64,000 nt of DNA from Mobula hypostoma (GCF_963921235.1 NC_086108.1:28274001-28338000); one strand, 5' to 3'. Positions 50,811 to 63,600 are shown, counted from the first letter of the stretch. Notes: generated by a model not told the origin, from the letters alone. Program-made: numbers and translations.

Positions 50811-51449
50811 TTCATCATGGTTGATCCAGTTCCCTCTCAGTCCCAATCTCCTGCTGTCTTCCCATATCCCTTCATGTCCTGACTAATCAAGAATCTATCA
50901 ACATATGCCCTAAATATACCCAATGACTTGGTCTCCACAGCTGCCTGTGGCAACGAATTCCACAGATTCACCACTCTCTGGCTAAAGAAATTCCTCCCCA
51001 TCTCTATTCTAAATTGAAGTCCCTCTGTTCTGAGTCTCTGTCCTCAGGTATTAGACTCCAGCACCGTAGGAAACATCCTTTCCACATCCATTCTGTTGAG
51101 GCCTTTCAACATTTGAAAGGTTTCAATGAGATCCCCCCGCCTCATTCTTCCGAATTACAGCATCTTGTGTATGTTACAGTTCCTCTCTGAAGTTTCATCT
51201 TTCTACAGCTAGAGCTGTAGTTTTTTTTCACACCGTGCTTTGACTTTCACTCCACAGTTATAGAATCAAACAGGATGGTCCTTTGGCCCAGTCCTTCATG
51301 CTGACCGCATTGCACAGTGAGCTCTTCCCATCTGTCCATGTTGTCTAATTTTCTCTCAAGGTCAACAATTTGTTGACGTTAGTTGTTACTGTAGGACAGC
51401 AGTTGAATATGTAGAGGACCGACCATTTAGAATTAGATGTGTTCAAAGA

Positions 51450-52100
51450 TTCCATGTGATTAATGTATGAGGAACATTTGATATCTCTTGGCTCGATGGA
51501 GTTCAGAAGGATGAAGGGAGATCACTTTTAAACCTAGCAAAAACTAAAAGACCTGGATAGAATAAACAGGGAAATGATGTTTCCACTAATAGGAAAGTCT
51601 AGGATCTGAGGTAACACCCTTTAAATAAAGGAGGGTCCCTTTAAAACTGCTGTAGTTGTATCAGCTCCAGACTTCGAGGCAAATGGTCCTGAGTTTGAAT
51701 CCGGCCGGCCCTTGCATGCTTTCCATCTGTGCTGGGTTGAGCATTGAGCTAGCAACTTGGCCTTGTTGATAAAAACAGTCAAATGCTACAGAAACAGCAA
51801 AGCAGCCAGCCAATGCACCACAGGTTGCAAGAAGGAACAACAACAACTTTAAAATTGAGTTGAGCAGTAGTTTTTTCAGCCAGAGGGTGGTGAATTTGTT
51901 GCCATAAAAGACTGTGGAAGTCAAATCCTTAGGTATATTTAAGGCAGATATTGACATGTTCATGATTGGCAGGAAGGTTAAGGGTTATGGGGAGAAGGCG
52001 GGAGCATGAGGTTAACAATCAGGCACAATTGCGTGGTGGAGCAGATTTAATGAGCTGAATGGCTAATTCTGCTCCTATATTTATAGTCTAATGGTCTTCT
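51450..52100 (+). mobile_element. CR1 3' fragment split by a SINE
   Basis: CR1 3' motifs on both sides of 51649-51846. Confidence 0.75.
51649..51846 (+). mobile_element. tRNA-derived SINE with (CAA)n tail and 11-bp TSD
   Basis: B-box GAGTTTGAATCC; tail AACAACAACAA; CTTTAAAA(C/T)TG on both sides. Confidence 0.75.
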
Positions 52101-52708
52101 TTGAAAAAGTATGACACCTCCATGAAGTCCTGGAAATTTCCAGTCCATAACTACTCAAAGCGGAGAAGGAAGTCACATATGGACCACCCACCCATCCTTT
52201 GAGACATCTCCTGCCCAATCTGAGAAAGGATCAGTGGTTCCCACATTGTCCTCATTCAATCACCTCTAACCCAAAGTGGAAGAAAGTTATCCCTGATCTT
52301 GGGTTGTTCATTAAAAAATATTACCTTCTCTATTTCTTGAGGAAATGAAGAAATGCTGAAATATATTTGGAATTGTCAGCATTGGAAGGGTTAATTTTCT
52401 CCATCCCACATGGTAGGTATTCCTTACATAATTAACTAAGCAAAAGACATTCAGCTTACACGACAGGGGATGGCATATTAGAATTTAATGAGTTGAGCAA
52501 AAGGCTTCACTAACCCGACACAGACACATAACTGCTTGGAGTTATTTCCCTGTGATTGTCAAATGCTGTCATAGCCTGTTTTGAAAAAGAGCCACTCACA
52601 ATTTTTTTTACTGTTGTGCCTTTCCAAGACATTAAACTGCAAACAATCTCAATATGTAACCATGCTTATTTAATCCTACCAGTAGATTTGGAGGATTTTG
52701 CTGACATG

Positions 52709-52954
52709 CAGCACTGTGCAAAAGTCTTAGGCACTTATATGTTTCTAAAGTGCCTAATACTCTTGCACAGTACTGAATATTGATTGGTTAAAATAGGAAG
52801 GTGGTTAGGAAACAGAAAGAAGAGTATCTAGCTTTGAATTAGCTTAGTAGTATTAAGTGTTTTTTGGTAACTAGAAGACATAGTATAGCGTACTGAGCAA
52901 AAGTCTTAGACACGCTAGCTATATCAATGTGCCTAAACCTTTTGCGTAGCTCTG
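52709..52954. mobile_element. Two roughly 66-bp palindromic Tc1-type mini-elements (52709-52775 and about 52889-52954)
   Basis: CAGCACTGTGCAAAAGTCTTAGGCAC...GTGCCTAATACTCTTGCACAGTACTG plus a more diverged copy. Confidence 0.75.
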
Positions 52955-53314
52955 CAGTATTGGTGGTATCTATACAATGCTTTGACGTGCCTGCTGTAGG
53001 GAATCCAAATTTCAGAAGAGTATAAGAGGCAAAGGTCAGTGCAGGCCAATAAACAATGAGTTTTATGTTGAGTATAAACACTTCATTCTGAAAAAGTTAA
53101 ATGCTGTATTGACACACAGAAGGTGAATTTCAAGACTGATGTGTGCCTTCACTGAAAGACGGCTCTCAGAATATAGAAAGTAGCCAGACACACAAAATGC
53201 TGGAGAAACTCATCAGGTCAGGCAGTGTCAATAGAAGGGAATAAACAGTCAACATTTCAGGCAGGGACCCTCCATCAGTTTACTTTCCTCCATAATGTCA
53301 TTACAAGAAAGGTA

Positions 53315-53915
53315 TAGCAGTGCCTTCACTTTCTTCATAGTTTGCGAAGATTTGGCATGTCTTCTAAGACTTTGCCAAACTTCTATAAAGGCACAGTGGT
53401 GAGTATTCTGACTAACTGCAACACAGCCATGCCCCTGAATGGAAAAGCCTACAAAAAGTAATGGATACAGCTGAGTCTATCACAGGTAAAGCCCTCCCCA
53501 CCACTGAGCACATCGACAAGAAGCTTAGTCATAGGAAAGCAGCATCCATCTTCAAGGAGCCCCACATTCCAGGCCACGCTCTCTTCTTGCTGCTGCCATC
53601 ATGAAGGAGGTACAGGAGCTTTAGGTTCCACACCACCAAGCTCAGGAACAGTTATTAACCCTCAACTATCAGGCATAACTTCACTCACCCCAACACTGAA
53701 CTGATTCCTTAACCTATGGAATCACTTTCAAGCATTCTGCAACTCATGCTCTCAGTGTTTATGATTATTTGTTATTATTGTTTGAGTTCTTTTTATTTGT
53801 ACCATTTGTTCTTTTTTTTTTGCTTGCTGGCTGTTTGTCTACCTTTGTGTACAGATTTTCACTGATTCTGCATGCTTCTTTGTTTTACTGCAAATGCCCT
53901 CAAGAAAATGAAACT
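53315..53915 (+). mobile_element. Rex1/Babar-like LINE 3' fragment
   Basis: Homologous to the reverse complement of 46240-46590; tail GCCCTCAAGAAAATGAA. Confidence 0.7.
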
Positions 53916-53920
53916 TGGGG

Positions 53921-54740
53921 TGTTACAATGGGGGGCGTTGAGAACGGACCCAAATGCAAGACACAGATACTGAAGTACTAGGAACGGGAACGGACAAAAC
54001 TAAATGACGGGACAGGATGCAGACTAGGAGTTGGGACAGGAACACAGACTAGGCTAGGGGACCCGGGTTCTTGGAGGCTAGATGAGGACATGACAGGTCA
54101 AGGGTACTTCAAGGCAACTCATGGGCAGGACACGGGACTCCACCCCACGGAGGCAAGGACAGGGAGGGATAGACCCAACCGCAGGGTAATGGCAAATGGC
54201 CTGGCTTACCCGATGGAGGCAAGGGACAGGAAGGGACAGAACTATCTGCAGGGTAACGGCAATCGGTCTGGCTTACCCGATGGAGGCAAGGACAGGAAGG
54301 GACAGAACCAACCGCAGGGTAATGGCAAATGGCCTGGCTTACCCGATGGAGGCAAGGGACAGGAAGGGACAGAACCATCTGCAGAGTAATGGCAATCGGC
54401 CTGGCTTACCCAACAGAGGCAGGGGACAGAAAGGGAGTTAGGCCCGGGGTAGCTCCAAAATCCGAGGCAGCCAGTAACCTTGGCGGGCTATGGAACAGCC
54501 AAATCCATATCTCGATGACTTCACTAGCCTTCCACCGGTGAGTTGCTCCAAGGGGAGACTGATGAGATGACCAATCACCCACACTCGATCCCGGGGCCAC
54601 TTATATTCCCAGCCCCAAGATGAGCATCAGGTGCTTATGGTTATGTCCAACTGAAACCAGGGACAGCCGGAAGACCTGGAGTCCAGAGACTGTGGATCGG
54701 ACCGTGAAACGGAATGTGGACTTCGGACCGGACCATGACA
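53921..54740 (-). mobile_element. Solo LTR (Gypsy-like) with internal 66/67-bp tandem repeat
   Basis: TGTTACA...CATGACA termini; flanks TGGGG/TGGAG (5-bp TSD, one mismatch); repeat units start at 54149, 54215, 54282, 54348 and 54415. Confidence 0.75.
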
Positions 54741-54752
54741 TGGAGGTGCCAT

Positions 54753-54892
54753 ACACTCAGTGGCCACTTAATTAGGTACACCGGTGTACCTGTACTTAAT
54801 TCTAATATCAATCAGCCAGTCATGTGGAAGTAACTCAATGCATAAAAGCATGCAGACATGGTCACGAGGTTCTGTTCCAACTAAACATCAAA
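54753..54892 (+). mobile_element. Tc1-like element left-end fragment
   Basis: TA-CACTCAGTGGCCACTTAATTAGG, same family as 21463-22109. Confidence 0.75.
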
Positions 54893-55559
54893 AGGTAGCT
54901 GATTACAGTAAAGAACCACTTAGTGTAGTCTCTATTATTCCTTTAGATTAGTAACAGTCTATGAGTAAACATTGGAGCTGAGTTGCAGATTTGCAGGGAG
55001 AAAGATGGGGGAAGGAGAAACTTGTTGGGGCAATAACAAGATCTTGCTTGATACCAATTGGACTGAATTGGATGTGTTAGTGACCCAAAGGTGAAGATCG
55101 TGCCTTTTATGCCGTCGTGAAGCAAATATAAGATGGAAATGAATAGTATGCTGGCACCTGTAGTAGAACTATCGGACTCCAAGAGACTTCATGGTATACA
55201 GTCTGAGAATGAAGGTGCTCAGGTCACCACAATCTGGTATCAGATCTGCTGGGAGCGTCTAGCAGGAAACATTAATATTTAAACATCACCCTTGTGGAAT
55301 ATACCTTAAACAACTGACAGGAAGAGAATGCATTCAAATATTCCTGAGCTCTTGTGAGCTAAAAGTTTAGAATTCTAGTGACAAAAAAGAATTCTTGCTG
55401 TAGTTGATTTTGTTTCCCTTTCCAGTTTTGTCAGGTACCCATCACTGGTACTTGTTCTTCATTTAGTTCTTTTTCATGTCCGAGCTGATTTGCTGAAGGT
55501 GATGGAATTGAGATGCTCCAATCTGGGAGACCAGTCTACACTTCTTTTTCTGCACAAGC

Positions 55560-56050
55560 TGCAGTCCTATTCCATTTACTGCTCACAGTTTCCCCCTTTC
55601 TATTTGCTCCTTCCAATTTTCTAATTTTTATTTCTTCTCTTTTACTCTTATACTTGGTCCTTTGCCTCCTTTTTTGTACTTTTCTGCCTATTTGTATCCT
55701 TTTTCATGCCTTTCTCTCATACATTCACTTTGATGCTTCTTTACTGCATCATTTTGTAATTTTTGTTCATTTAATTCCCGTAGTATGTTCCATATTCTCT
55801 CTTCATTCTTTTCCCTTTCTCTCCCCTTTTTAAATTTTTTTTCTCTCTGTTGTTTTCCTATCCACTATTCCTACTCTAATTTTATTCTTTTCATCTCAGA
55901 GCTTTCTCTTTCATTCCTCATTTTTCTAATTCTTCAAAAATCTTAATTCTATCCCCCCCATGCCCTTCATATCTTTTAAATTTTAGCCTCCCCCTCTTTT
56001 GTTCCACTTCTCTCTCTGTATTCCCCTTTTCTCTGCCTCCTGCCCTCTTA
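55560..56050. repeat. Long pyrimidine-rich low-complexity tract
   Basis: About 500 bp dominated by T and C on the + strand. Confidence 0.85.
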
Positions 56051-57088
56051 AGCAAGCTGCATGCTCCTTAACTTCTGCTGTCTTGCGATGGAGAAGAGCA
56101 ACTCTTTATCCATGTCTTCAGAGCTGAAAGTTTGTACCTGTTAGCAACTATTCTTGTCAGCAGTTACTGTGTCCTTTTGCGAAGGATGTTCTGTTGGGAA
56201 ATAAAAACCTGCCCTGAACAGGGTACGCCTGTTCGTCTGCAACAGAAATGTGAGAAATGGTTAAATGCTTAAATAGTTTATAATTAGCACAAGCTTTGTA
56301 TCAATAGATAACAGGCAAAATAATTAATGGAAGGTTAGTAGAATGGTAATTGCCACTGCAGGAAGTATGCAGATATAGATTTTGTATGAAAGTTCCATAA
56401 TTCGCCATCTTATCCAATCCAATTAGGCTTTGTTGTCCTTGCACAATCAACTGCTACTTGAGTATTATCTACTTCTATAAAAATAGCAAAGCTGCAGACA
56501 GTGGAAGTCTGAAATGAACTCAACAATGGTGAAAATACTCAGAAGGTCAGGCAGCATCTATAGAGAGAGAAATGGAGAGAGTCATTTCAGACTAATAATC
56601 TTTCATCAATTCTGCTGCCCTCCACGTATGATGAAGGTGTTTAGTCACATGGGTAGAAGCAGGGTTCCCTCAGTCACTCCAGTCTCCTGTGGCTCACACG
56701 TTGTCTAAAATATAAAGCTGGTGAATGACTGGAACAACCAAACTTGCCCTTGCCTGGAAATGGAAATGGTGCTGTTTCAGTTCTGAAAAATGCCGCTATC
56801 GTTCAGTCATATTATTAATTTTTTAATGATTAAAACCTCATACACTGAAAAAAAACTTCCCAAGCCTTTCCTGTACTTCATTCATTCATTCATTCATTTG
56901 TTTATTTAGCTATTTATCTTTCAATCTATCTATTTATTTCTGTGGCAATATAGCATGGAGTAGGCTCTTTCGACCCTTCAAGCCATACCACCCCAGCAAC
57001 CCCGGACAAACCTGGTTAACCCTAACCTCATGCTCGGACAATTTACAACGACCAATTAACCCAGACAGTGTGTCTTTGAACTGTGGGA

Positions 57089-57822
57089 GGGAGGTGCAAC
57101 GAGACCTGGGTGTCATTATACACCAGTCATTGAAAGTGGGCATGCAGGTACAGCAGGCGGTGAAAAAGGCGAACGGTATGCTGGCATTTATAGCGAGAGG
57201 ATTCGAGTACAGGAGCAGGGAGGTACTACTGCAGTTGTACAAGGCCTTGGTGAGACCACACCTGGAGTATTGTGTGCAGTTTTGGTCCCCTAATCTGAGG
57301 AAAGACATCTTTGCCATAGAGGGAGTACAAAGAAGGTTCACCAGATTGATTCCTGGGATGGCAGGTCTTTCATATGAAGAAAGACTGGATGAACTGGGCT
57401 TGTACTCGTTGGAATTTAGAAGATTGAGGGGGGATCTGATTGAAATGTATAAGATCCTAAAGGGATTGGACAGGCTAGATGCGGGAAGATTGTTCCCGAT
57501 GTTGGGGAGGTCTAGAACGAGGGGTCACAGTTTGAGGATAGAGGGGAAGCCTTTTAGGACCGAGGTTAGGAAAAACTTCTTCACACAGAGAGTGGTGAAT
57601 CTGTGGAATTCTCTGCCACAGCAAACTGTTGAGGCCAGTTCATTAGCTATGTTTAAAAGGAAGTTAGATATGGCCCTTGTGGCTACAGGGGTCAGGGGGT
57701 ATGGAGGGAAGGCTGGGTTCTGAGTTGGATGATCAGCCATGATCATAATAAATGGCGGTGCAGGCTCGAAGGGCCGAATGGCCTACTCCTGCACCTATTT
57801 TCTATGTTTCTATGTTTCTATG
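57089..57822 (+). mobile_element. Young CR1 3' fragment inserted in a minus-strand SINE (about 56880-57970)
   Basis: Uninterrupted ORF2 end to the stop at 57723; tail (TTTCTATG)n; host reads CTGTGGGAG|GAAACTGGGGCACC. Confidence 0.93.
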
Positions 57823-59892
57823 AAACTGGGGCACCCGGGTCAAAACCCATGCATTCCAAGGGAGAGACGTAAAGACTCCTTACAGAATGGCATCAGAATT
57901 GAACTCTGGACACTGGAATGACCCGAGCTGTAATAATGTCATGCCACCATGTAATATGCCACCATGTACTTGGGTATCTCAAGCCATCGAGATCGTTCAT
58001 ATAATGATTTAGGATACCTTCTCATTTTTGTCGACTGGAATGCCAACTTCAGCAACAACGCAAAGGGATTAAGGAAGTGCAGATGATGAATGCCTGAAAT
58101 AAGAACAGAAAAACTCTGAAAATTTTCAACTGGTCAGGCAACATCTGTGGAGCAAGACACAAGGTTGGAATTTCAGGTGAAAGCAGACCGGCAGAGCTGG
58201 TGATGCAACAGCATAGTGAGAAAGCAGTCAGTTTCATTACAAGATCTGTTAATGTATTCTCACGTATTCATTAAATGCTGAAAACACCTAGCAAGACAGG
58301 CAGTATCTGAGGAAGGGCCCCCCAGCTGAAATATTAACTCTGCTTTCTTTTCCACAACTGCTGACTGACATGTTGAGCATTTCCAGCATTCTCTTTTCAC
58401 CTCAAGGGAATAGGATTCAGATTCTGGGATAGCAACATCAGAATTAAACCAAAAAGAATGAAAATTAAACTCAGTTTGAGAATTAATATAAGCCCAATTA
58501 ATATAAACCCAAAATGCTGCAAATATATTTAATTCCCTAACACATTAAGTGATTGTTTGCAAGTATACCGATTTCTGTTTTATGATAAATAACTTTGATT
58601 AAATTATATGGATACAGGCATTTAGTTTTGTATATGATAATGCTTAATAAACAATTCAATCCTGACCAAGACAATATGGGAAATCTATTATGAAGTTAGG
58701 CCAAATGTAATTGAAGATGGGTGAAGAATAGTCTTTAAGAAACTGCTATTCTTTAAAATGAAGTGTGAAGTACAGTGATTTCTGTAAAACCAATTTTTGT
58801 CTGCTCTCTACTTCCCTTGAAAGGCCAAACATTGGAATCTGATGATAAGCTGTTGAAGAGGAGGAAGCATAGGTGGTGGTGGTGGTGGAGGTGGGGGCGG
58901 GGAGGCGGGGGTGGGGGGGGGTAGCTGTGAGAATTTCCTGTCCTCCTATACCCTGCTACCTGCTGAACACGCTTCTGCCAAATTATCCATTGATTTTAAA
59001 TTCATCAGTGGCTGCTTTGCTAGCACTAGGCTTAATTTCCCAAGATACCATTTAGGTTAAAGGCATCCTGTCAATAAAGTGCAAATCTGAAAACCCTTGC
59101 AAGCTTGCTCGCATGCTCCCTCCACCTCGCCATCTCTCACCTTCCCTCCGCACCATGGACCCCGTGCTATACTGGGCACTCGGCAGGAAAATTGTCTGAC
59201 GCTGTTGACTCGAAAGGAGATTAATAGGGCCAGTTCCCCTCAGTCCTGTACCCCACCATAAACTACCTCCCGGTTCCATTTCCCGTTCAATAATTACTTG
59301 ATGAGAGAGACTATGATGAATTCTATACATGAAATATGTCCGCTCCCTTTGACTCGTCGCTGTATATTAACCAGCCCAAGAAACCGCCGAGATCAACCTC
59401 TATAGAATTGCCCTCCCTGTCCTCAACACATTCATTTCATGGCTCCCAGTGATTATAAAAGAAATTATAAGACAACAGGTCATTTATCCAGGCGGCCAAC
59501 ACTGTCCCCCACCCAGGATGTAATCGACCAATTCTTTGAGGGAAAGCACGTGTCGGAGTGCAGTGTCATTGGTATCGGGCATTTGTTTTCCAACTAGAAA
59601 CTAATATTATTTCAATTTATACCCCGTATATAGATGAATATATTCCTGGTGTTAAATAACGTGTCTTTAAAGCACATTTGCTATTTGTAGATAGGCCTGC
59701 CTGTCATTTTTACGGCCTTTGGAAAATAGCTAGAAGAAAACTGACAATATTGCGGAGATAGAAGCCAAGAGTATGCGCAGTTTGCATGCGTCGTTCTTCT
59801 TGCAGTTGTCCGTACAGACATACAGGCAAACGATTGTACATAGGAGGCTTTCCATTAATTAAGGAACCAGAACGAAATGCTGTTATTTTTCC

Positions 59893-59990
59893 AGTCCTGA
59901 TAAAGGGTCTCGGCCCGAAATATTAACAGTTTAGTTTTTACCATAGATGCGGCCTGGCCTGCAGAGTTCCTCCAGCATTTTGTGTCTGGC
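59893..59990 (+). mobile_element. Single-arm Penelope-like fragment with mutated hammerhead
   Basis: AGTCCTGATAAAGGGTCTCGGCCCGAAATATTAAC...GATGCGGCCTGGCCTGC. Confidence 0.75.
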
Positions 59991-60523
59991 GTTATTTGTA
60001 TGTCGTTTGTTCACGTTTATATTAATAACTGTAGTTGGAATTAAGTGTTGACCGTGCAGTTAAATAGACCTGAATCTTTGCAAATAGTTTGAATAAAATT
60101 GACTACCTACTGATTTGTGCATAATACATCTGGGTCTATTTGCTTGTATGTAAACTAGAGGCGTTGTTGCGTTGTTCTTGATGTAAATTGATATATTTCA
60201 GACTTGATAGACCTTCCTCAGGCATAGACGAAGGTCCTATAGCTCAATACTTAATGCTCTCACACAGCCGTGCTATTATCCACACACATCATCGCCCATC
60301 TCCAAAAGGAACCATTTGGGTGCTGGGCTGACAATGTTGAAGGGTGCAGCGGTTGGTTAAGAATTTGTTTGTCCGGGTCACGATGACAGAAGCGAGAAAT
60401 ATTATTTTGTGGTGGAGGGGAGGATGGGATTGTTGGTGGAAAGGGTGGGCGGGATGGGGGGGTGTTGTTTTTGAAGTGACGGAAGGAGGACAGGTCCACA
60501 GCGAGAGTCTGGAGATCTCAGAC

Positions 60524-60626
60524 ATGGACAGCGAGAGGGAGCTGAGTTACCGGGAGCAAGAGACACAGAGTTTGAACAAAGATTTCCTGATGGCATTTCT
60601 GGGTCAAAACCAACAAATTGGAAACG
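60524..60626 (+). CDS. LHX4: Candidate first coding exon of the neighbouring LIM-homeobox gene (LHX4 by synteny), LHX3b-like N-terminus
   Basis: Strong Kozak context (GACATGG); 34 codons MDSERELSYREQETQSLNKDFLMAFLGQNQQIGN + 1 nt; phase-1 donor ACG|GTGAGA. DFLMAFL followed by 8 residues parallels human LHX3b DLLLALL-ARRADLRR|E. Lies downstream of QSOX1 on the same strand. The LIM exons are not in the window. Confidence 0.62.
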
Positions 60627-63600
60627 GTGAGAGAGGACCTATAGCCGGACAGTGTTAGAGTAAGATGTATTTACGAGCGTCTGTCATTGATATTCATAGA
60701 CCTAGCCTGAGCACGTCGACTGCATTATAACTCTGAGGGACGTCCTCGAAAAAATAAACAATTTATTTAAATGGATAGGTCGAAGTGAAAAATATTCCTA
60801 GCTACGGAGCATAAAAAAAGCAAATTTGCAAATTCTTTAAGTAGATCATTCCTCACAGATGCCACCCCCAATATCTCCCTCCCCCCCCCCACTCCCCACC
60901 CCCCGGTAGCTAGCCGGAACTGGGAATGGAAGACCCAGACCGGTGCTTTGGTCTGATCTGTACAGAATACCAAGTTAGGCTGATTGTAAGTATATTTATC
61001 AAACAGACAACGTGTCATTTCCCCCTCTTCTAAATAAATTTCATCGTGATGTATTTTTGTTGCTTCCTTGAATGTACAAGTTTAAACAGGCAAGATACAG
61101 TTACATAGTCAATTAATCCACAGGCGGATTTGTCAGGAGACAGCAATTCCCTAATAGCATTTGCGCCAAAGTGCAATTTAATTTTCTCTCTCTTATCAAT
61201 AGCTTTCTTCTCCATCTGACAATTACGGCGGCTGAAGGGGGGAGTCTGGCTTTTGTTTGTACTGTTTTGTCTTGTGATTTACCAGAAACAGACATTTTAT
61301 TTCTCTCTCTTCCTTAATCGATTGTTATCGTTATTATTATCGTGATAATTGCGAAATATGTAATTGTACAAAGTCCATCTGACTCCTCGCTGAAGGGTGC
61401 GTAGCCTGGTTGGGGTTCTGAGATCCAGTTAGCCGGTAGGTCTGATGTTCATTCTTTGCATTATACATCGCAGGAAGGGTGCATCTGATGGGAATCTTTT
61501 AATATCGAGGCTCCTACCCCGCTATTAGCCGAGTATTCCTGTCCTTTTCCCTGCCTTTTCTTGCTACTCATGCGGATCATATGTTTGCCTCAATATACTT
61601 AATAATAGTCTCACCCTAGAGGAGAAGGCTCGCGGTTTTTGAAAATACAGTATTTATTCCCAGAATCATTATTAGCTACAGAGGGAGAAATATAATCTAC
61701 AGAACGGCTTGTTTCTATTAACTATATGTAAACTTCAATGGACAGAATCGAATTACTTGGTTGGTTGTCCCAGTCGCGGATTTGCTAGTAGATAGGGCCC
61801 AAGAATAGAATCAATGAAAGTGTATTTCATACACAAATCAAACAGAACTGAGGCAGTGGCAGGAGACAATGCCTGTACTGAATGTACCACGATAACACGT
61901 GCAACACCCACCATTGCATTGAGGTTCCCCCCCGCCACGCTGAGTAGCAACTCTGGGTGTTAAATCTCTTCAATGGATATAAAAACTCATCGAACATTCC
62001 CAAGACATCAGGAGTAAAAACTCACATGGCTCGAATATAAACCCGCGACACCGGGTGTAGAACACACTGAGCGAAGTATGGCCCCGGCTGTACTGGGTTT
62101 AAAACTCACTTCAGCGGGTATGAAGTGGCAATCTACTCGGTGTTATCTCACTGGCTGAGCGTAGTCCCGCTTCTCAGCGGCGCTGTGAGATTTTTGTTGA
62201 ACAGTACTTCACAAAACGAGGAGCCGCTTACCAGATCACTCATTGCATGGAACCTGCTTTTTCCGAAATTGCTCGGACAATGCGGAAGTTAAATAAAAGA
62301 TCGCGTTCTTGTCCGGTCACTGGACTCACGTTCCGTCTGTTTAGCCATCTGATTCCTCTCGCACCCTAACCTTCTCATCAACATCAAGAGACCGAATCCC
62401 GGACACCGCTGTCCCAATCTGCAATGCATAGCTGCTGGAAGTTGAGAGGAACAGTTATTTTATTAACGGGGGTCTAAAATTTACACTTTGCAAAGTACAC
62501 CCATCTATTATAGTTCGGAATTCAGGGACATTTACAGATGATTTCGTGTGAAGAATGACATCCGTGATGTACTTTGTCAAATGAAGGTTTTATTAAGTGT
62601 ATACAGTATCTTAAGAATGTTGCTATCAGTACTAGTTCTTCGGCGATTGTTCAAAATCTATCAGTTCTTGTAATGAAACAAAGGTTCAGATTAGGATTGA
62701 GCTGCCGATATACTTGTTGATTAAATTATAATGCTCTCTGCTGCATACCACTCTGTTTTGCCTAATATGTAGAACAGTTCTCTGTAATACATTAATCCAC
62801 ACTGTACAGATAAGTTATGACACGTGTCTTCATCTTTTTCATGCTAACAGTAAATAGGCTTCCAGAGAACTTCAGTAGTTACAACACATTCAGAGTGTCT
62901 TGGAAAGAAGACAAATGTTGATATTTAAGTACAAGTCTTTTGTGTATGCAATATTATCGTCTATTTCATATCAGTCGGAACATCATTGCGCCCAATGTGA
63001 TACTTTACACTGATTTCCTTAATAGATTTATTTGGTACGTAAAATAATAATCCGTATTATAACACAGCAGATTCTGCCTATAATTTTCAGAACTTTTGAT
63101 GACAATACCCACTACTTCCTTTGATAAATTCTGCTCCTCCCCTTATGCTAAGTCAGTTCATTTTAGGATAAGTGTGCCTTCTATGTGGCTACGTCTGTAT
63201 ACAGTATATTCCGCCGTGTTTTTATATTTCTGTTATTATGTCAGATCTGCAAACAAATCAGGAGGTTTGCGATTAGGTTGGAAATAAATCAGATAAAAGA
63301 ACGTCCAGCTGTTGTATTTACTAAACAGCTGACCAATAGAGAGGATGTTCGTTCAGTCCATTCACGGAAATTTTGCTTGTTGAACTGGTTTTAATACAAA
63401 TCTTTGTGAGTGTAAACTCAAATAGCTATTTGAAGTTTAATTGTGTGAAAATCCATATGCCTGTTTTATCTCTTATGATGTGAGTGCGGGGATGTAAATT
63501 TCCATATTATTTACGTGCATTCTCTTTTCTCTCTACCCACGCCCCACCCCGTCAGCTTTTTCGACAACAGTTTTTTTTAAAATATATAACGCTTGGCACC

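Noticed and set aside
54558..54600. CTGATGAG in the solo LTR as a retrozyme hammerhead
   Set aside because: No helix II or GAAA downstream.
55513..55833. Hydrophobic 106-aa ORF as a membrane protein
   Set aside because: Artefact of T/C-rich composition.
60344..60523. Upstream part of the 104-aa ORF
   Set aside because: G-rich low-complexity translation; only the part from ATG 60524 to the donor resembles a known protein.
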